This document shows positions 26,760 through 39,239 of a stretch of 64,000 nt of DNA, piece after piece. The stretch comes from Chiloscyllium plagiosum (Eukaryota). The DNA lies in assembly GCF_004010195.1 (NCBI RefSeq), contig NC_057759.1, positions 736,565 to 800,564 of the forward strand, in the 5' to 3' direction. Both the position numbers and the translations under genes were made by a program. Within the stretch, counting starts at the first letter, position 1. The number at the start of each line of letters is the position of its first letter. The notes beneath the pieces were generated by a model, which saw only the letters and a program-made list of their open reading frames with translations, searched no databases and was not told where the DNA came from.

Positions 26760-27885
26760 TTAGGATGTTATAAATCTCAGCTGAGTCTTGAGGCCAACCA
26801 TTACCTGGGAGTCATAAAGGCAGAGAGCCTATGAGTGACAAGCGCAAATCCAGATAATATAAAGCAGCAGCGATATTTGGAGGCTACAACATTTAGAGTA
26901 GCAGAAACAGCAGAGCAGGTGGCTCTAAATTAGCACAGAGTCACAGTATCCTGAACATGTGAGGAAACAGGTTGGAGCAGGAGCTTGGTGCGAGCTCACA
27001 CCTAGGAATGATAGAAGCAACAAAATTAGAGGATATAAATCAGAGTTCTCGTCGTACCTGGGAGTCACAAAGATGGTAACCTTGTGAGGAAGCAGAATGG
27101 AATGAGGGCTCGAGATTTTCTCGTAACTGGGGTCAAAGAGACAGTGATACTGAAAGGAAGCTGAATGGAATAGGAGCTTGAGGTTTCCTCTTAACTGGAA
27201 GTCACAGAGACGCTGACCCTGTGAGGGAGCGGGAGGATTGCACGTATCTGGGAGTCACAGAGACAGTGAACTTGTGACAGAGGGGAGTGGAGTGGGAGCT
27301 CAAGGATTACTCATACCTGTGACTCACAACGACGGTGAGTCTGTGAGTGAGTAAAGTCGAGTGGCAGCTCGAGGTATATACGTACCTGGGAGTCACAGAG
27401 CCGGTGTCTCTGTGTTGGAACGGAGTGGAGTGGGTGCTGGAGGATTACACGTACCTGGGCGTCACACAGATGTTGATTTTTTGAGCGAGCAGAATGCATT
27501 GGGAACTCGTGGATTATATGTCGCTGGGGTTTAGAGACGGTGACTCTCTGAATGAGTAGAGTGGCGTGTAAACTGGAGGATGACACATATCTGGGCGTCA
27601 CAGAGATGGTGACCTCTAATGGAGCAGACAAGAGTGGAAAATTGTTGAATACCCTTACCTGAAGATCACAGAGATGGTGACACTGCAAAGGAGCAGATTG
27701 TAGTGGGTGCTGGAGGATTACATGAATCTAGGAGTCACAGAGACAGTGACCCTGTGAGGGATCAGAGTGGAGTGGTATCTGCAGGATTACACGTATCTGG
27801 GCGTCACAGCGACTGTGGCCCTGTGGCGGAGGAGAGTGGACTGGGAGCTCGAGGAGTACACGTACCTGGGAGTCACAGAGACAGC
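26760..27885 (+). repeat. 69-bp minisatellite array
   Basis: Unit ~cgtacctgggagtcacagagacggtgaccctgtgagggagcggagtggagtgggagctcgaggattaca; gtcacag recurs at 27803 and 27872; 23-aa periodicity in ORF 27703..28047. Confidence 0.9.
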
Positions 27886-28235
27886 TTTCTGCAGCTGAGA
27901 CTTGCCATCACTGAGTTTGAAAGATTTGCAAGAGACATCACAGAAAAAGCTGCACGGTCATTGGCGGATAATAAATCGTTATTAGCGACATTGCTATCAG
28001 AGAGTAAACTTTTTTTTTCAAATTCTGACGGAAGGGTTCAACTCTAAAATAAGACGAAAAAGTGAAAGTCTTAGCAAATATAATGAATTAATCTCAGTAA
28101 GCCACAGTTTGAGAAGAACTTAACCCTAATGGTATTTCCCTGATGTTAACTTTATGCTACGTAATTAATGCATAAGACTTGATATGTTGCAGTTTAAGAC
28201 ATTGAGGCACATGCTTATCAAGTGGAAGATGTATT
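27885..28235 (-). pseudogene. V 3' remnant plus TCR-like C1 exon, cut by the minisatellite
   Basis: FHL-IS and S*TATY (~28230-28180); strong acceptor tttttcgtcttattttag| at 28043 giving phase-1 LNPSVRI; AMSLITIYYPP (cf. AxCLITDYYP); SDGK/SAA (cf. SGKYxA). Confidence 0.45.
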
Positions 28236-28299
28236 CTGTTACATTGCGATTTTATAGCTCCTGTTGGTGTTCCAGACAAACACCGGGTCTTGGACCTCA

Positions 28300-30450
28300 G
28301 AATAAGATTGGAGGCTCTTGGGGCATCAGTGAATGCTGAGAGTTAGTTGGATAACACATACAGAAAGAAGATCACCTGCAGACATGATGGCCCAGAACAG
28401 GGAAGGGAATGGGTGCCCAGTCAATCGAAGAGAAACAGTCAGGAAATGCACGAACAGTCTGATGTGTCATTCATAATTCAATTTTCCAGCTTGGAAGATG
28501 ATGAAGATGATAGCTGCGCCGGGGGTGTACGCACAGCCATGTTTGTGGCACCACAAGCAGCCTGACCGAACAGGAAAGGAGGGAGAAGGAAGGAGGAGCA
28601 ATTGTCAGAAGTGATTCAGTAAAATAAATGAGATGAAAACATTTTTGTGGCTGTCATTTTAATTCCAGGATGGTGGGGTCAAGAATGCTACTATGACTAC
28701 AGGACATTCGTCTGGGGTGGCAGTGAGCAGTCAATGTTCACATCAATGTTGGTAGGAATGACATGAGTAGGAAGGGTGAAATGATCTGCGAATCAGAATT
28801 TTGGGAGCTGGCTGGATGGTGAGCAAGCAGGAGCACAAATTTAGTAGGCCCTCTAATATTCCAGTGCTATATACAAGTGAGAACATGAGTTCCAAGCAGA
28901 TGAGAGCAGGACTGGAATGATGATGCAGCAGGAAGGGCTTCAGGTTCCTGGGATATTGGGGCTGGTTATATGGAAGGTAGCAACTGTACAAGCTATTTGG
29001 GGTAACAAGTGAGAGAACTAGTACTGAATTCCTCGTGGACTATTGAGTAGGGATTAACAATAGCAAGGTGTGCGTATGGGATCTAAAAAGGAATAGTAGA
29101 GGAAACTACAAGGATTCACAAAACATTTGGAGATGCAGTTGGTACTAATTTACAATAACAAATTTAACAGTGGAGAATGGAATAAGAAAGAATGTCTAAG
29201 TCACAAGTACTCAGGATGGACGTGAATACTTGGAGACTGGGGAGTTTCAGATGCAGATTTGTGTGTTGAAATCTGATGTACTGACAACCGAGAGTCGGCT
29301 CAATCAATGACAGGACTGGGAGTTAAATAATGTTGGATAAAAGTATTCCGAAACGATAGAGGGGAAGGAAAAGAATAAAGTGTAGAAGTATTGGTTTAGA
29401 TTTGTGTTAGTTAAGGTTTCCAAGAGAAAGAGGATGCCTCAAAAGACAGAACAAAGTTTTCTGGAGCTCCAGAACAAAAATTGTACAATTACACGATTGT
29501 TGGATACCGACTAATGAAAAAGATGGAGAGAATAAATATGAAGGAACATTTGATAACGGTGAACATAGTGTAGAGTAGATATATTGAGAAATTTTAAATA
29601 TTCAGATATAGATTGGGGTAGTGGTAGTGCAGGGTCACGAGGGGCGTGGCCCTCCTGGAGTAGAGCTTACTACAGGAATATGCGTTCAGCTCAAGGCAGC
29701 ATGTACTGTTGGACATGGTCCTTGGTGAAGAGGTAGGACAAGTAGACCCAGTTCCCGTGGGGGAACGTTTGGTGCACAGCAATTATTTTATTGTAAAATT
29801 CAGGATGATGGCAGAGGATGATATACAATAATTGTGAGTGAGAAAAATTATGTGATTGGGAGCGGCCTTCAATTAGGCTTGAATGAAGCTGGGAAGGTTT
29901 GACAGGAACACCAAGTAGGTCAGAAAAAAGAAGAAAAAAAATGAACAATGGGCTCCCTTTTAAAAGGAAATGGTTGGGTCTAATCGAGGAATGATTCCTC
30001 AAATAAGAAAGGCAGGATTAACAAACTTAACGCTCCCTGGATGACGGAGAACAGTAGAATTGGTATCAGACAGAGTCGAATTGTAAAACAGGAAGAAAGC
30101 TGGAAGTTCAGAGGGGAGATGGTAAAGCAGATGACAAAATTGCGAACCAGGAAAGAGCTGTCTGAGAATCTTCTGTGAGCGTCTCTTACAGAGCGGGTTA
30201 AGAGATAGAGTAAGGCTGGTTCAAAACAGAAAGAAGATTTATGTCTGGAAAAAGTTCGCTGTGAGCAGGTCGGATACACTTGGAAGTGTTGTAGATGTAT
30301 GTTCAATTGAAACTTTCAACAAACGATTGGATGATTATTGATACAAAAATATTTTAAGGAAATGGGGAAAGAGGTGATCATTACTCAGCAATGAGTTCAC
30401 ATGAAGAGCTGGTGTTACCGTGATCGGGCAAATGATATCCTTCTGCCATA
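28300..30450 (+). mobile_element. Old CR1 ORF1/ORF2 remnant
   Basis: catcaatgttggtaggaatgacat, ggaagggcttcaggttcctgggatattggg, gacaggactgggagttaaat (endonuclease) motifs. Confidence 0.65.
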
Positions 30451-30789
30451 AAACGTCTATGTCGCTTGATGTGGTGCCTTGAGAGTCCGCCAAATCCAAT
30501 AATATCCTATCTCTGTAACCTTATCGATTCTGTGCAGTATATTCCCAACTCTGTCGAGAGTGTGGCGCTTGAAAAGCACAGCAGGTCAGGCAGCATCGGA
30601 GGAGCAGAAGAATCGACATGTTGATGAAGGGGCATATACCCAAAACGTTAGATTTTGAAGAAGGGCTTAATTCCTAAATATCGATTCGCCTGCTCCTTGG
30701 ATGTCGCCTGACCTGCTGAGCTATTCCAGCACCACATCTTCACTTTGATCTCCAGTATCTGCAGTTCTCACTTTGTTCATATTCTGATA

Positions 30790-31118
30790 TCAGCATGGTG
30801 GCAAAGTGGTTCAGTGTTCACCAATGCTGCCTTCGAGCGCCAGGGACCTTGGTTCGATTCCAGCCGCAGGCGAATGTCTGAGATGAATTCAAACATTCTT
30901 CTCATGCCTGGGTGGCTTTCTTCCAGATGAGGTTTCCTCCTGCAGTCGAAGCTTGTGCAGGTTAGGTGAATTGGCCATTCTAACTTGCCCTAAGTGTTTA
31001 GGGATGTGTGGGTTAGTGCATTAGTCCCGGCATGGGTCTGGTTTGGTTATTCCTCGGAGGGTCAATGTGGTCTTCTTGGGCCAAATGACCTGTTTCTACA
31101 AAGTAGAGATTCTTTGAT
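30790..31118 (+). mobile_element. Old HE1-type SINE
   Basis: cagcatggtggcaaagtggtt, ggttcgattcc, gtgcaggttaggtgaattggccat. Confidence 0.75.
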
Positions 31119-31480
31119 TGGGTGTAGGTTTGCTTGCTGAGCTGGAAGTTTCATTTTCAGATGTTTTGTTACCATTCTAGGTAATATGTTCAGTGAGCGT
31201 CCAGACGAAACACTGCTGATGATTCGTGCTTTCTATTTATATGTTTGTGTCTCTTTAGGTTGGTGATGTCACTTCCTGTGGTGATGTCATTTTCTGCTCT
31301 GTTTCTCAGCGGGTGGTAAAGGGGTCTAACTCAATGTGTTTGTTAGTAGAGTTCTGGTTGGCATGCCATGCTTCAAGGAATTCTTGTGCGTCTCTGTTTG
31401 GCTTGTCCTATGATGGATGTGTTATCCCAGTCAAAGTGATGTCTTTCCTTATCTGCATGTAAGGATACTAGTGAGAGAGG
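31119..31480 (-). mobile_element. Penelope-like 3' fragment
   Basis: Reverse strand encodes HHFDWDNTSIIGQAK..HA.EFLEAWH. Confidence 0.75.
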
Positions 31481-32054
31481 GCTACAGACTCCATTAACCA
31501 ATGCAGCCCTCCTTAGCTCTGTAACTCGTAAAAGCCTTATAAAAGTTCTTTTTCTGGAATCTCTCCCAGCCCCAACAATCCTCTCTCTATATATAACATT
31601 TCACAAGTCCTTACAGCTTCCCCTTTCTCTGTAACTATTCGATCCTTAGAAATCTCTCAATCTTTGAAATCTCCCGATCTTTGAAAGCTCCTCCAGTCAC
31701 TAACTCCTTCCTGCCCTGAAAAATCTCATTGCTTCCATACCCTCCTCCAAACAGTACAATGTTCATTATGTCTGCAAATTTCACCAACACCTACAATCTG
31801 CCCATGTCTTTTCTTTGCTCCAGTACCTAAAATTTTCCCTGTTGTGTAACCTATTTCAATGTCTGACCAGCTGTATAGCATCCTTTCACCTTTACAGCTC
31901 TCCCAATTGTGTAACCACCTTCTGCCCCACACAGCTCAACATCTCTATAAACTCCAGATATTAAATCCACCCCGATGTGTGGAAACACCTTGAGCCTTCC
32001 CTATCTCTCTAATGTCCACCACATGTTTAAAGTGGAATAACTCCACAGACCATC

Positions 32055-32150
32055 ACCAACTCACCTTTCATTTATACATATGTGATACATGGCACGGACC
32101 CCTGCTAACTCCAAGGCAGCTCCAATAGTGGAAAATAGCCCAAAGCTCCT
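32055..32150 (-). pseudogene. Possible V FR3 remnant ending in a splice donor
   Basis: TIGAALELAGVRAMYHIC (cf. TISALELxDSAMYYC) then aag|gtgagt. Confidence 0.22.
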
Positions 32151-32809
32151 GTTTATTTCGTTTATTAATTTATTTCCATACCTTACAAGACATTCATGAG
32201 CTAGAAGGGTTTTTCCAACAATCGATGATGAATACCTGGTTATCATAGACTGCTAATGCCAGAATTTATTGAATTCAAATTCCACTACCTGCAATCAAAG
32301 AATTCGAACCCACCATCCCCAAAGTGTTACCTGCATCTCGGAATTACGAGTCCAGCAATAATGCCATTAGGCCATCATCTCCCCTTAAGCATCTGTTTAT
32401 ATCCTTTTTTCTGTTTTCCCTGACTATTGCTTGGTTAGTCTGTAGGAAATAAAAATAAACCATATGTCATAACAAGAATTAAATTACCAGAGTACACACC
32501 ACCTATTCAGTGACTATAGTAAATAGCTGATTCATGTTCAGTTCAGTAAACATGCCATCTTTCAGTCAGCAAAGCGATTGAAAATAACAATGAAAGAAGG
32601 GTTTTTCCAACAATCGATGATGAATACCTGGTTATCATAGACTGCTAATGCCAGAATTTATTGAATTCAAATTCCACTACCTGCAATCAAAGAATTCGAA
32701 CCCACCATCCCCAAAGTGTTACCTGCATCTCGGAATTACGAGTCCAGCAATAATGCCATTAGGCTATCATCTCCCCTTAAGCATCTGTTTATATCCTTTT
32801 TTCTGTTTT

Positions 32810-35800
32810 CCCTTCCCCCAAACTACCGCTTAACTGCAGTCGTGCTTATTTTGCCCACTACCTATGTCATGTGTGTGCAGATGCAGAACACAGTGAAGAA
32901 CAATAGGTGTCTAAACCTTTATTGATATTCCACCAAAAGGAAGAAAAAAGGTTACACGCGAGAAGCCAGTGACAGGCAGTGCACTTTAAAAAGGGGCAAT
33001 GCTGCGTGATCAAACAGTGAAGGGGAGGCTAGGGATTAAATCAAAATAGAGTTAGAGGGGGAAATAATTTACTCCACTCCCTGTGGTGCCCACCTTTCCC
33101 TGAAAATCTCGAGGGTGTTGGGCGACACTGCATGCTTATTCTCGAGGGATACCGGGGCTCTGACATAACCGTGGAAGAGGGGTAGGCAATCGGCCCTAAT
33201 GACCACCTCCACGTCCCAATTCCTGCACCTCTAATAGCAAATTTGATCTGGCCCAGGAGCAGGCGCACGAGGACGTCCTCTGACCAACTCTCTCCCTTCC
33301 ACAACGGGTGCCCAAAGATCAGGAGCGTGTGCAGCTGAAATGCAACCAAAACCAGAGAAGAATGTTCTTAAGAAAATCAGAAAGGGAGTGCAAGTGCCCT
33401 CACCCATTATATATATTGTCCACGGACTCCACAGCACCACAGAACAAGCAGTTGGGCTAGGAGTCCGTGAATCACTGCAAGGTTCTGTGTATTTTTTTTC
33501 TCTTTTCTTCCCATGTTGTGTGTGTCCACGTGTAAGACACAGTGAACGACAACCCGTGTCCAAATCTTTATTCAATTTCCACCACCGGGCAGAAAGGAAA
33601 TACGCAAGCACCCAGTGACAAGCAAAGACCTTCTCATCAAAGGGCAATGCTGTATAATCAAAACAGTGAATAGGAGAGCAGGTATCAAATCAGAATAGAG
33701 TTGGAGGGAGAAAGAAAACATTCCACTCCCTGCCGTACCCACCTCTCCCTGAACAGCTCTCCTTCTCCAGGGACACACGGGCTTGAACGTAACCACGGAA
33801 AAGGGGCAGGCAATCGGCCATAACGACCCTTTCCATGGGCTGCTGCCTAGACTTGTTTATGGCCAGTTTGGCCAGGTCCATGAGCAGACCCACGAGGAGG
33901 TCTTCTGATTTACCCTTCACCCTCTGCAGTGGATGACCAAATATGAGAGTGTGCGAATGAAGTGCAGCCAAAAACAGAGGAGGAGGTTTTCTGGAAAACT
34001 AAAAAGGGAGTGAAAATTCCCACAGGCCATATATACATAGTCCACGGACTCCACAGCACCACAGAACAATCTGTTGGCCTCGGAGTTCTTGAACCACAAC
34101 CAGCTCCTGTTTATTTCGTTTTCTGCTTTCTAATTCTCTATTTTACATTTTTCATTTTTCCCCTTTTTTCTTTCCCCTCACACTTCCGTCTAACTGTGGT
34201 AGTGCTTATATTTTCCCCAGCACCTATGTTGTGTGTGTGCAGGTGAGAGAAAAGTGAAAGACAACAGGTGTACAAATCTTTATTCAATTCCCACCACCAG
34301 GAAGAAAGGAAACACCAGGGTGGCCAGTGACAAGCAGTTCCCTTCTCATCAAAGGGCAATGCTGCGTGAATAAAGAAGCGAAGGCAATGGTAGGGGTTAA
34401 ATCAAAATAGAGATTCTGTTTATTTTTTCTATTTCTTTTGTTCTTACAGAATCAGTCTCCTCTCCTCTCTTCTCCCCTTTAAAACTCCTGTTTATTTTCT
34501 TTTCTAGAGTGATCAGTATGTCTGACACACATGTTATTGTTTTTATTTTTTTCTATATTCCCCACACTACTGCCTAACTGCGGTAGTGCTCATTTTTATC
34601 CCCAGTACCTATGTTGTCTGTGCAGGTGTGAGACATAAGGTGGACGAATCGTTATTCAGTTTATACCACCAGGAAGAAAAAAAAAGAAACACCCAAGTGG
34701 CCGGTAACAAGCAGTGCCCTTCACATCAATGGGAAATGCTGTGTGATCAAACAGTGAAGGAGAGGGCAGAGATAACATCAAAATGCAGTTGGAGGGCGAA
34801 ATAATACACTCCACTCCATGTGGTACCCACCTCTTCCTGAACAGCTCAAGGGTGTTGGTGGACACCACGTGCTCCTTCTCCTGAGACACCCGGGCTCTAA
34901 CATAACAGTTGAAGAGGGGCAAGCAGTCGGCCCTAACGAACCCCTCCACGGCCCGCTGCCGTGGCCAGTTTGTGGCCAGTTTGGCCAGGCCCAGGAGCAG
35001 ACCAACGAGGTTGTGCTCACACTGGCCCTCACCCTTCCATACCGACTGCCTGAAGATTAGGAATGTGGGTCTGAAATGCATCCAAAAACAGAGAAGAAGA
35101 TTTTCCAGAAAGTCAAAAAGGGAATGCAAGTTCACACGCCCAATATATACATGGTCCACAGTCTCCACAGCACCACAGAACAGGCAGTTAGACTGGGAGT
35201 CCGTGAACCACCACAAGCTCCTGTTTATCTCGTTTTCTTCTTTTTTATTCTAAATCTCCTGGTTACTTTTTCTCTATTTTTCTTTTTTTTCCTTTTCTTC
35301 TTTACTCCCACATTACCGCCTTATTGCGGCAGTGCTTATATTTTCCGCAGCACCCATGTTGTGTGCGTGCAGGTGAGAGACAAAATGAAAGACAACAGTT
35401 GTACAAATCATTATTCAATTTCCACCACCAGGAAGAAAGGAAACACCAGGGTGGCTAGTGACAAGCAAGGCCCTTCTCATCAAGGGGAAATGCTGCGTGA
35501 TCAAACAAGCAAAGGCAAAGGTAGGGGTTAAATCAAAATAGAGTTGATCTTTATTTTTTCTTTGTCCCTTTTCTTCTTACAGAATCAGTCTCGTCTCCTC
35601 TCTTCTCCTTTTTAAAGTTCCTGTTTTTATTCCACAACACCACGTTATAGTCCAACAGGTTTAATTGGAAGCACACTAGCTTTTGGAGCGTCGCTACAAC
35701 CTGGTGTTGTGTGATTTTTAACTTTGTACACCCCAGTCCAGCACCGGCATCTCCAAATCATGACTTTTTTTTTCATTTTCCTTTTTTTTCTCTCTTTTTC

Positions 35801-36800
35801 TTTTTTCCCCAACACCCATGTTGTGTGAGTGCAGGTGTGAGACACAGTGAAAGACTCAAGGTGTACAAATCTTTATTCAATTTTCACCACCAGGGGGTAA
35901 AGAAAAACCCAAGCGGTCAGTGACAAGCAGTGCACTTCACATCAAAGAGGAATGCTGTGTGATCCATCAGTGAAGGGAAGAACAGGGATTAAATGAAAAT
36001 AGAATTAGAGGGGGAAATAATACACTCCACTCCCTGTGGTGCCCACTTCTCCCTGAACAGCTCAAGGGTGTTGGTGGACACCGTGTGCTCCCTGTCCAGA
36101 GACACCCGGGCTCTAAAACCTGTTTATGGTCAGTTTGGCCAAGCCCAGGAGCAGACCCACGAGGAGGTCCTCAGACCTGCCCCTCACCCCCTCCCCTTCT
36201 GTACTGGGTGTCCGAAGATCAGGAGCGTTGGAGTGAAGTGCAACCAAAAAGAGAGAAGGAGGATTTTGAGGAAATCAAAAAGGGAATGCAAGCGCCCACA
36301 CTCAATGTGAACATGGTCCAAAGACTCCACAGCACCACAGAACAAGCAGTTAGGCTGGGAGTCTGTGAACCACCACAAGCCTAGTTCAATTTTTTTCTTT
36401 TTTTATTGTGAATCTCCTGGTTATTTTTTCGCTATTTTTGTTTTTTTTTCCTTTTTCTTTTTTTTCCTTTTTTTTACCCCCACTCTACCGCCTAACTGCA
36501 GTCATTCTTTTATTTTCCCCAGAACCCATGTTGTGTTTGTGCAGGTCAGAGAAAAAGTGAAAGACAACAGGTGTACAAAATCTTATTCAATTTCCACCAA
36601 CAGGAAGAAAGGAAACGCCAGGGTGGCCAGTGACAAGTAATGCCCTTCTGGCCAAGGGACAATGCTGCGTGATCGAAAAATCGAAGGCAAAGGTAGGAAT
36701 TAAATTAAAACAGAGCTCCTGTTTATTTTTTCTTTTTTTTTCTTCTTTACAGAATCAGTCTCCTCTCCTTTCTTCTCATCTTTAAAGTTCCTGTTTATTT
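32810..36800 (-). mobile_element. Tandem array of Tx1/L1-clade LINE 3' ends (4 long and 3 short copies)
   Basis: Repeated CCHC finger CLFCGAVESLDHVHIEC, LLIFGHP and LLLGLAKLAI; AATAAA; 3' hairpin cactaccgc-agttag-gcggtagtg; A-rich tails. Confidence 0.85.
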
Positions 36801-37289
36801 CTGCCAGCCAGGATTACGCGATTGGTCCACGTTAACAGTCCAATGAGGAATCACATATTAATGATATTTACCTGACTGACCTCGTTCCAGTCATTACAAG
36901 AACACTCCCCGTATCTCTAACATTCATTGACATCTACAAATCTCCCAGTTTCTGAAACCAACTCCAGCTGCTGCAACCCTCTCTGTGTAAAATGCCTTTC
37001 AGTAGAACTTCTTAACAATCTCATGGTGGACCATTACACACTATGGTTTTCTGCTTTCTGCAAACTCTCGATCTAAACCTTGTCTATCCAGAACGTCTGT
37101 TATTAATATCTAACCGCTTCCAAAAACTCAATCCACCATAAAGAGGAAGGCGATTTCGAAGCCAGGAGCTTCATAGTGCATAGAGAACTTTAAAGAATTA
37201 AGAATGTTTGTAGAAACTCGTGAGTTTATAGAGACGGGAATGGTTATAATATACGAAGGTTGCTACAGAGACTGGCAGTTTGTAAGCAC

Positions 37290-38295
37290 TGAGGAATGAG
37301 CTGTGAAGTTGATTTGCAGACGTTCTGTCCCCGGTCCAGATGACATCTTCAGTGCTGTGGAGCCTCCTGTAAAGCGCTGCTGTTCTGTGCCTCCTGGAAT
37401 GTATTTGGTTCTGTTTGTGTTACTTCTGATTGCCGGTTTTGGTTGTTCGTTTCACTGACCAGTACATTCGATGTAGGTACACATGTTCATTGATGGAGAC
37501 AATGGATAAGTGCCATGCTTCTCGGAGAAAACTGGCTGTCATCTGTTTAGCTTGTCCTATCATCGTTTTGTTTGTGGTCTCTGTCATCTCAGTATATGGC
37601 TACTAATGGCAGCTGATCGTGGCGTCTAGTGGCTAGATGACGTTCCTGAATGCGGATTACTAGTTGTCTGCCTGTTTGTCACGTTACCTTACATAGCTCA
37701 GGACTGACAGCCAGACTCCTCCGACCACTGAGCCCATAAACCTGCAGCTATGCTCAGATAGCAACTCACCAGAATAAAAGATTCTGTACCCATCATGTGA
37801 AAGACAATTATAATTTACAAAAACTGTACGAAACCATATATAGGACAAACAGGCAGGCAGCTACCAATCTGCAACAACAAACTCCAGCATGCCACTAAAT
37901 GCCACAACCAGTGTCCCTAGTAGCCACACACACACAGATGAAAGAAGCCACAAGTTCGACTGGGATAACACAGCAACCATTGTACAAGCTAAATGAAGGA
38001 CAGTCAGATAATTCCTAGAGGCAAGATACTCGGCCACAAACTCTATCAACAATCACATTGACCTTGAAAAATATATACTGGCCAATGCACAGAACAACTG
38101 GAACCTGTAACCACAAGCAACAGAAACCGAATCAAATAAATTCCAGAAGACGCAGTACAGCAGCATTTCACAGGAGGCTCAAAAGCACTGTCGATGTCAC
38201 TTATACAGAGGACGAACTGTCTACAAATCCACTTCCCAGCTCAGCGAACACACCCACAATTGCATCAACCAGCACCCGAGCTACAAATCTTTATA
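37290..38295. mobile_element. Penelope-like 3' fragments in inverted arrangement
   Basis: + copy YIGQTGRQL..HKFDWDNT (~37835-38295) and its reverse complement at ~37290-37680. Confidence 0.8.
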
Positions 38296-38579
38296 GAAAC
38301 GTTGACTAGAGGAAATAATCTGGGATTTTACTGGTTGGTTGTGTGTTTCAAGAGAAAAAAAAAGTTCTTGAGCTGCAAATGTGCAGGCCCATTACTGATC
38401 CTGGGATCTGCTTGTTCTGACTATGTGTCTCTGTAGTCAGCGGAGGCTGGGGAGAGAGGTTATTATCGTCCTGATTGGATTTTGGAGCACAGTTCCAGTA
38501 TAGGTGAATGCAGGTAAATGTGGTCAGGCTAGAGAGGGAATCTGAAATCTGCCTTATCTCATTATGGGGTTGTTTTCCA

Positions 38580-39020
38580 GAATGAATTTTGTAGCTGTAA
38601 ATGCTTAATGTACTGGGGCTTGTTCCGTTCTGTGTCTATGTCTCAATGTGATTTTGAACTGAAACAATTATACAGAAATGACACTCTGCAGCAACAATTT
38701 CCAGGTATCAATTCCTAACCAGCGGTGAGATCAACAGATTCTCAGATATTACAGATGGAAAAAAAAGTTGTTTCATCTGGTGTGGGTTCGACTTCCATCA
38801 TTGATCATAATCAGTGAAGATAAACAGTTCACTTCCATCACAGTGTGAGGTCAATTTACAGCCTCATGTGCCTGGCTGCTCTGTCCCGCCCCCCGTTTTT
38901 ATTTCTGCTGCAGATGGATGCAGAGAGCTACATAATATGATAATTTGCCTAGATATCCTATCATCAGGTTTCGTTAAGGGTTTAACTTTTCAAATGCTAT
39001 TGCAGGCAAAGTATTGATAT
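38580..39020 (+). pseudogene. Possible V-J plus C1 remnant
   Basis: MYW; NRFS..DG/KKLFHL; TSITV then gtgagg; then SVPPPVFI....ELHNMIICL...GF (cf. PPSVFI...VVCL..F) in ORF 38814..39017. Confidence 0.35.
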
Positions 39021-39239
39021 GGCTGGTCCAGCTCCTTTATCACTTCAACCAAAATCTAAAATAGCTATTGCCTCTGTAATTTTCTTCAGCCCTTAGAACA
39101 ATCCATATCCCTGTATCCCTGTAATACCCCCGAGTCTGTACCCCCTGTAATACGCAGAGGAGATCATTCTGAACACTGCCGCATTAGGCAAATATATATA
39201 TTTTTGTTAAAGCCCTTATTCTGACTCCCGGAGACTATT

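Noticed and set aside
26760..27885. Regular array as CRISPR-like repeats
   Set aside because: Eukaryotic context; whole units repeat with no unique spacers.
27703..28047. 114-aa plus-strand ORF with 23-aa repeats as a real gene
   Set aside because: It is read-through of the 69-bp minisatellite; the tail is better explained as antisense to a C1-like remnant.
34563..34590. Hairpin in the Tx1 array as an snRNA target fragment
   Set aside because: I could not match it to any U snRNA from memory; treated as element 3' UTR structure.
36866..36895. TGTRSV|gtaa J-like end on the minus strand
   Set aside because: Too short and isolated to distinguish from chance.
38839..38845. CACAGTG heptamer (others at 42168, 46572 and minus-strand 59407-59401) as recombination signals
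   Set aside because: No convincing ACAAAAACC nonamer at 12 or 23 nt. The best (59.4 kb) matches only 6/9 at a 22-nt spacing and overlaps a splice donor.
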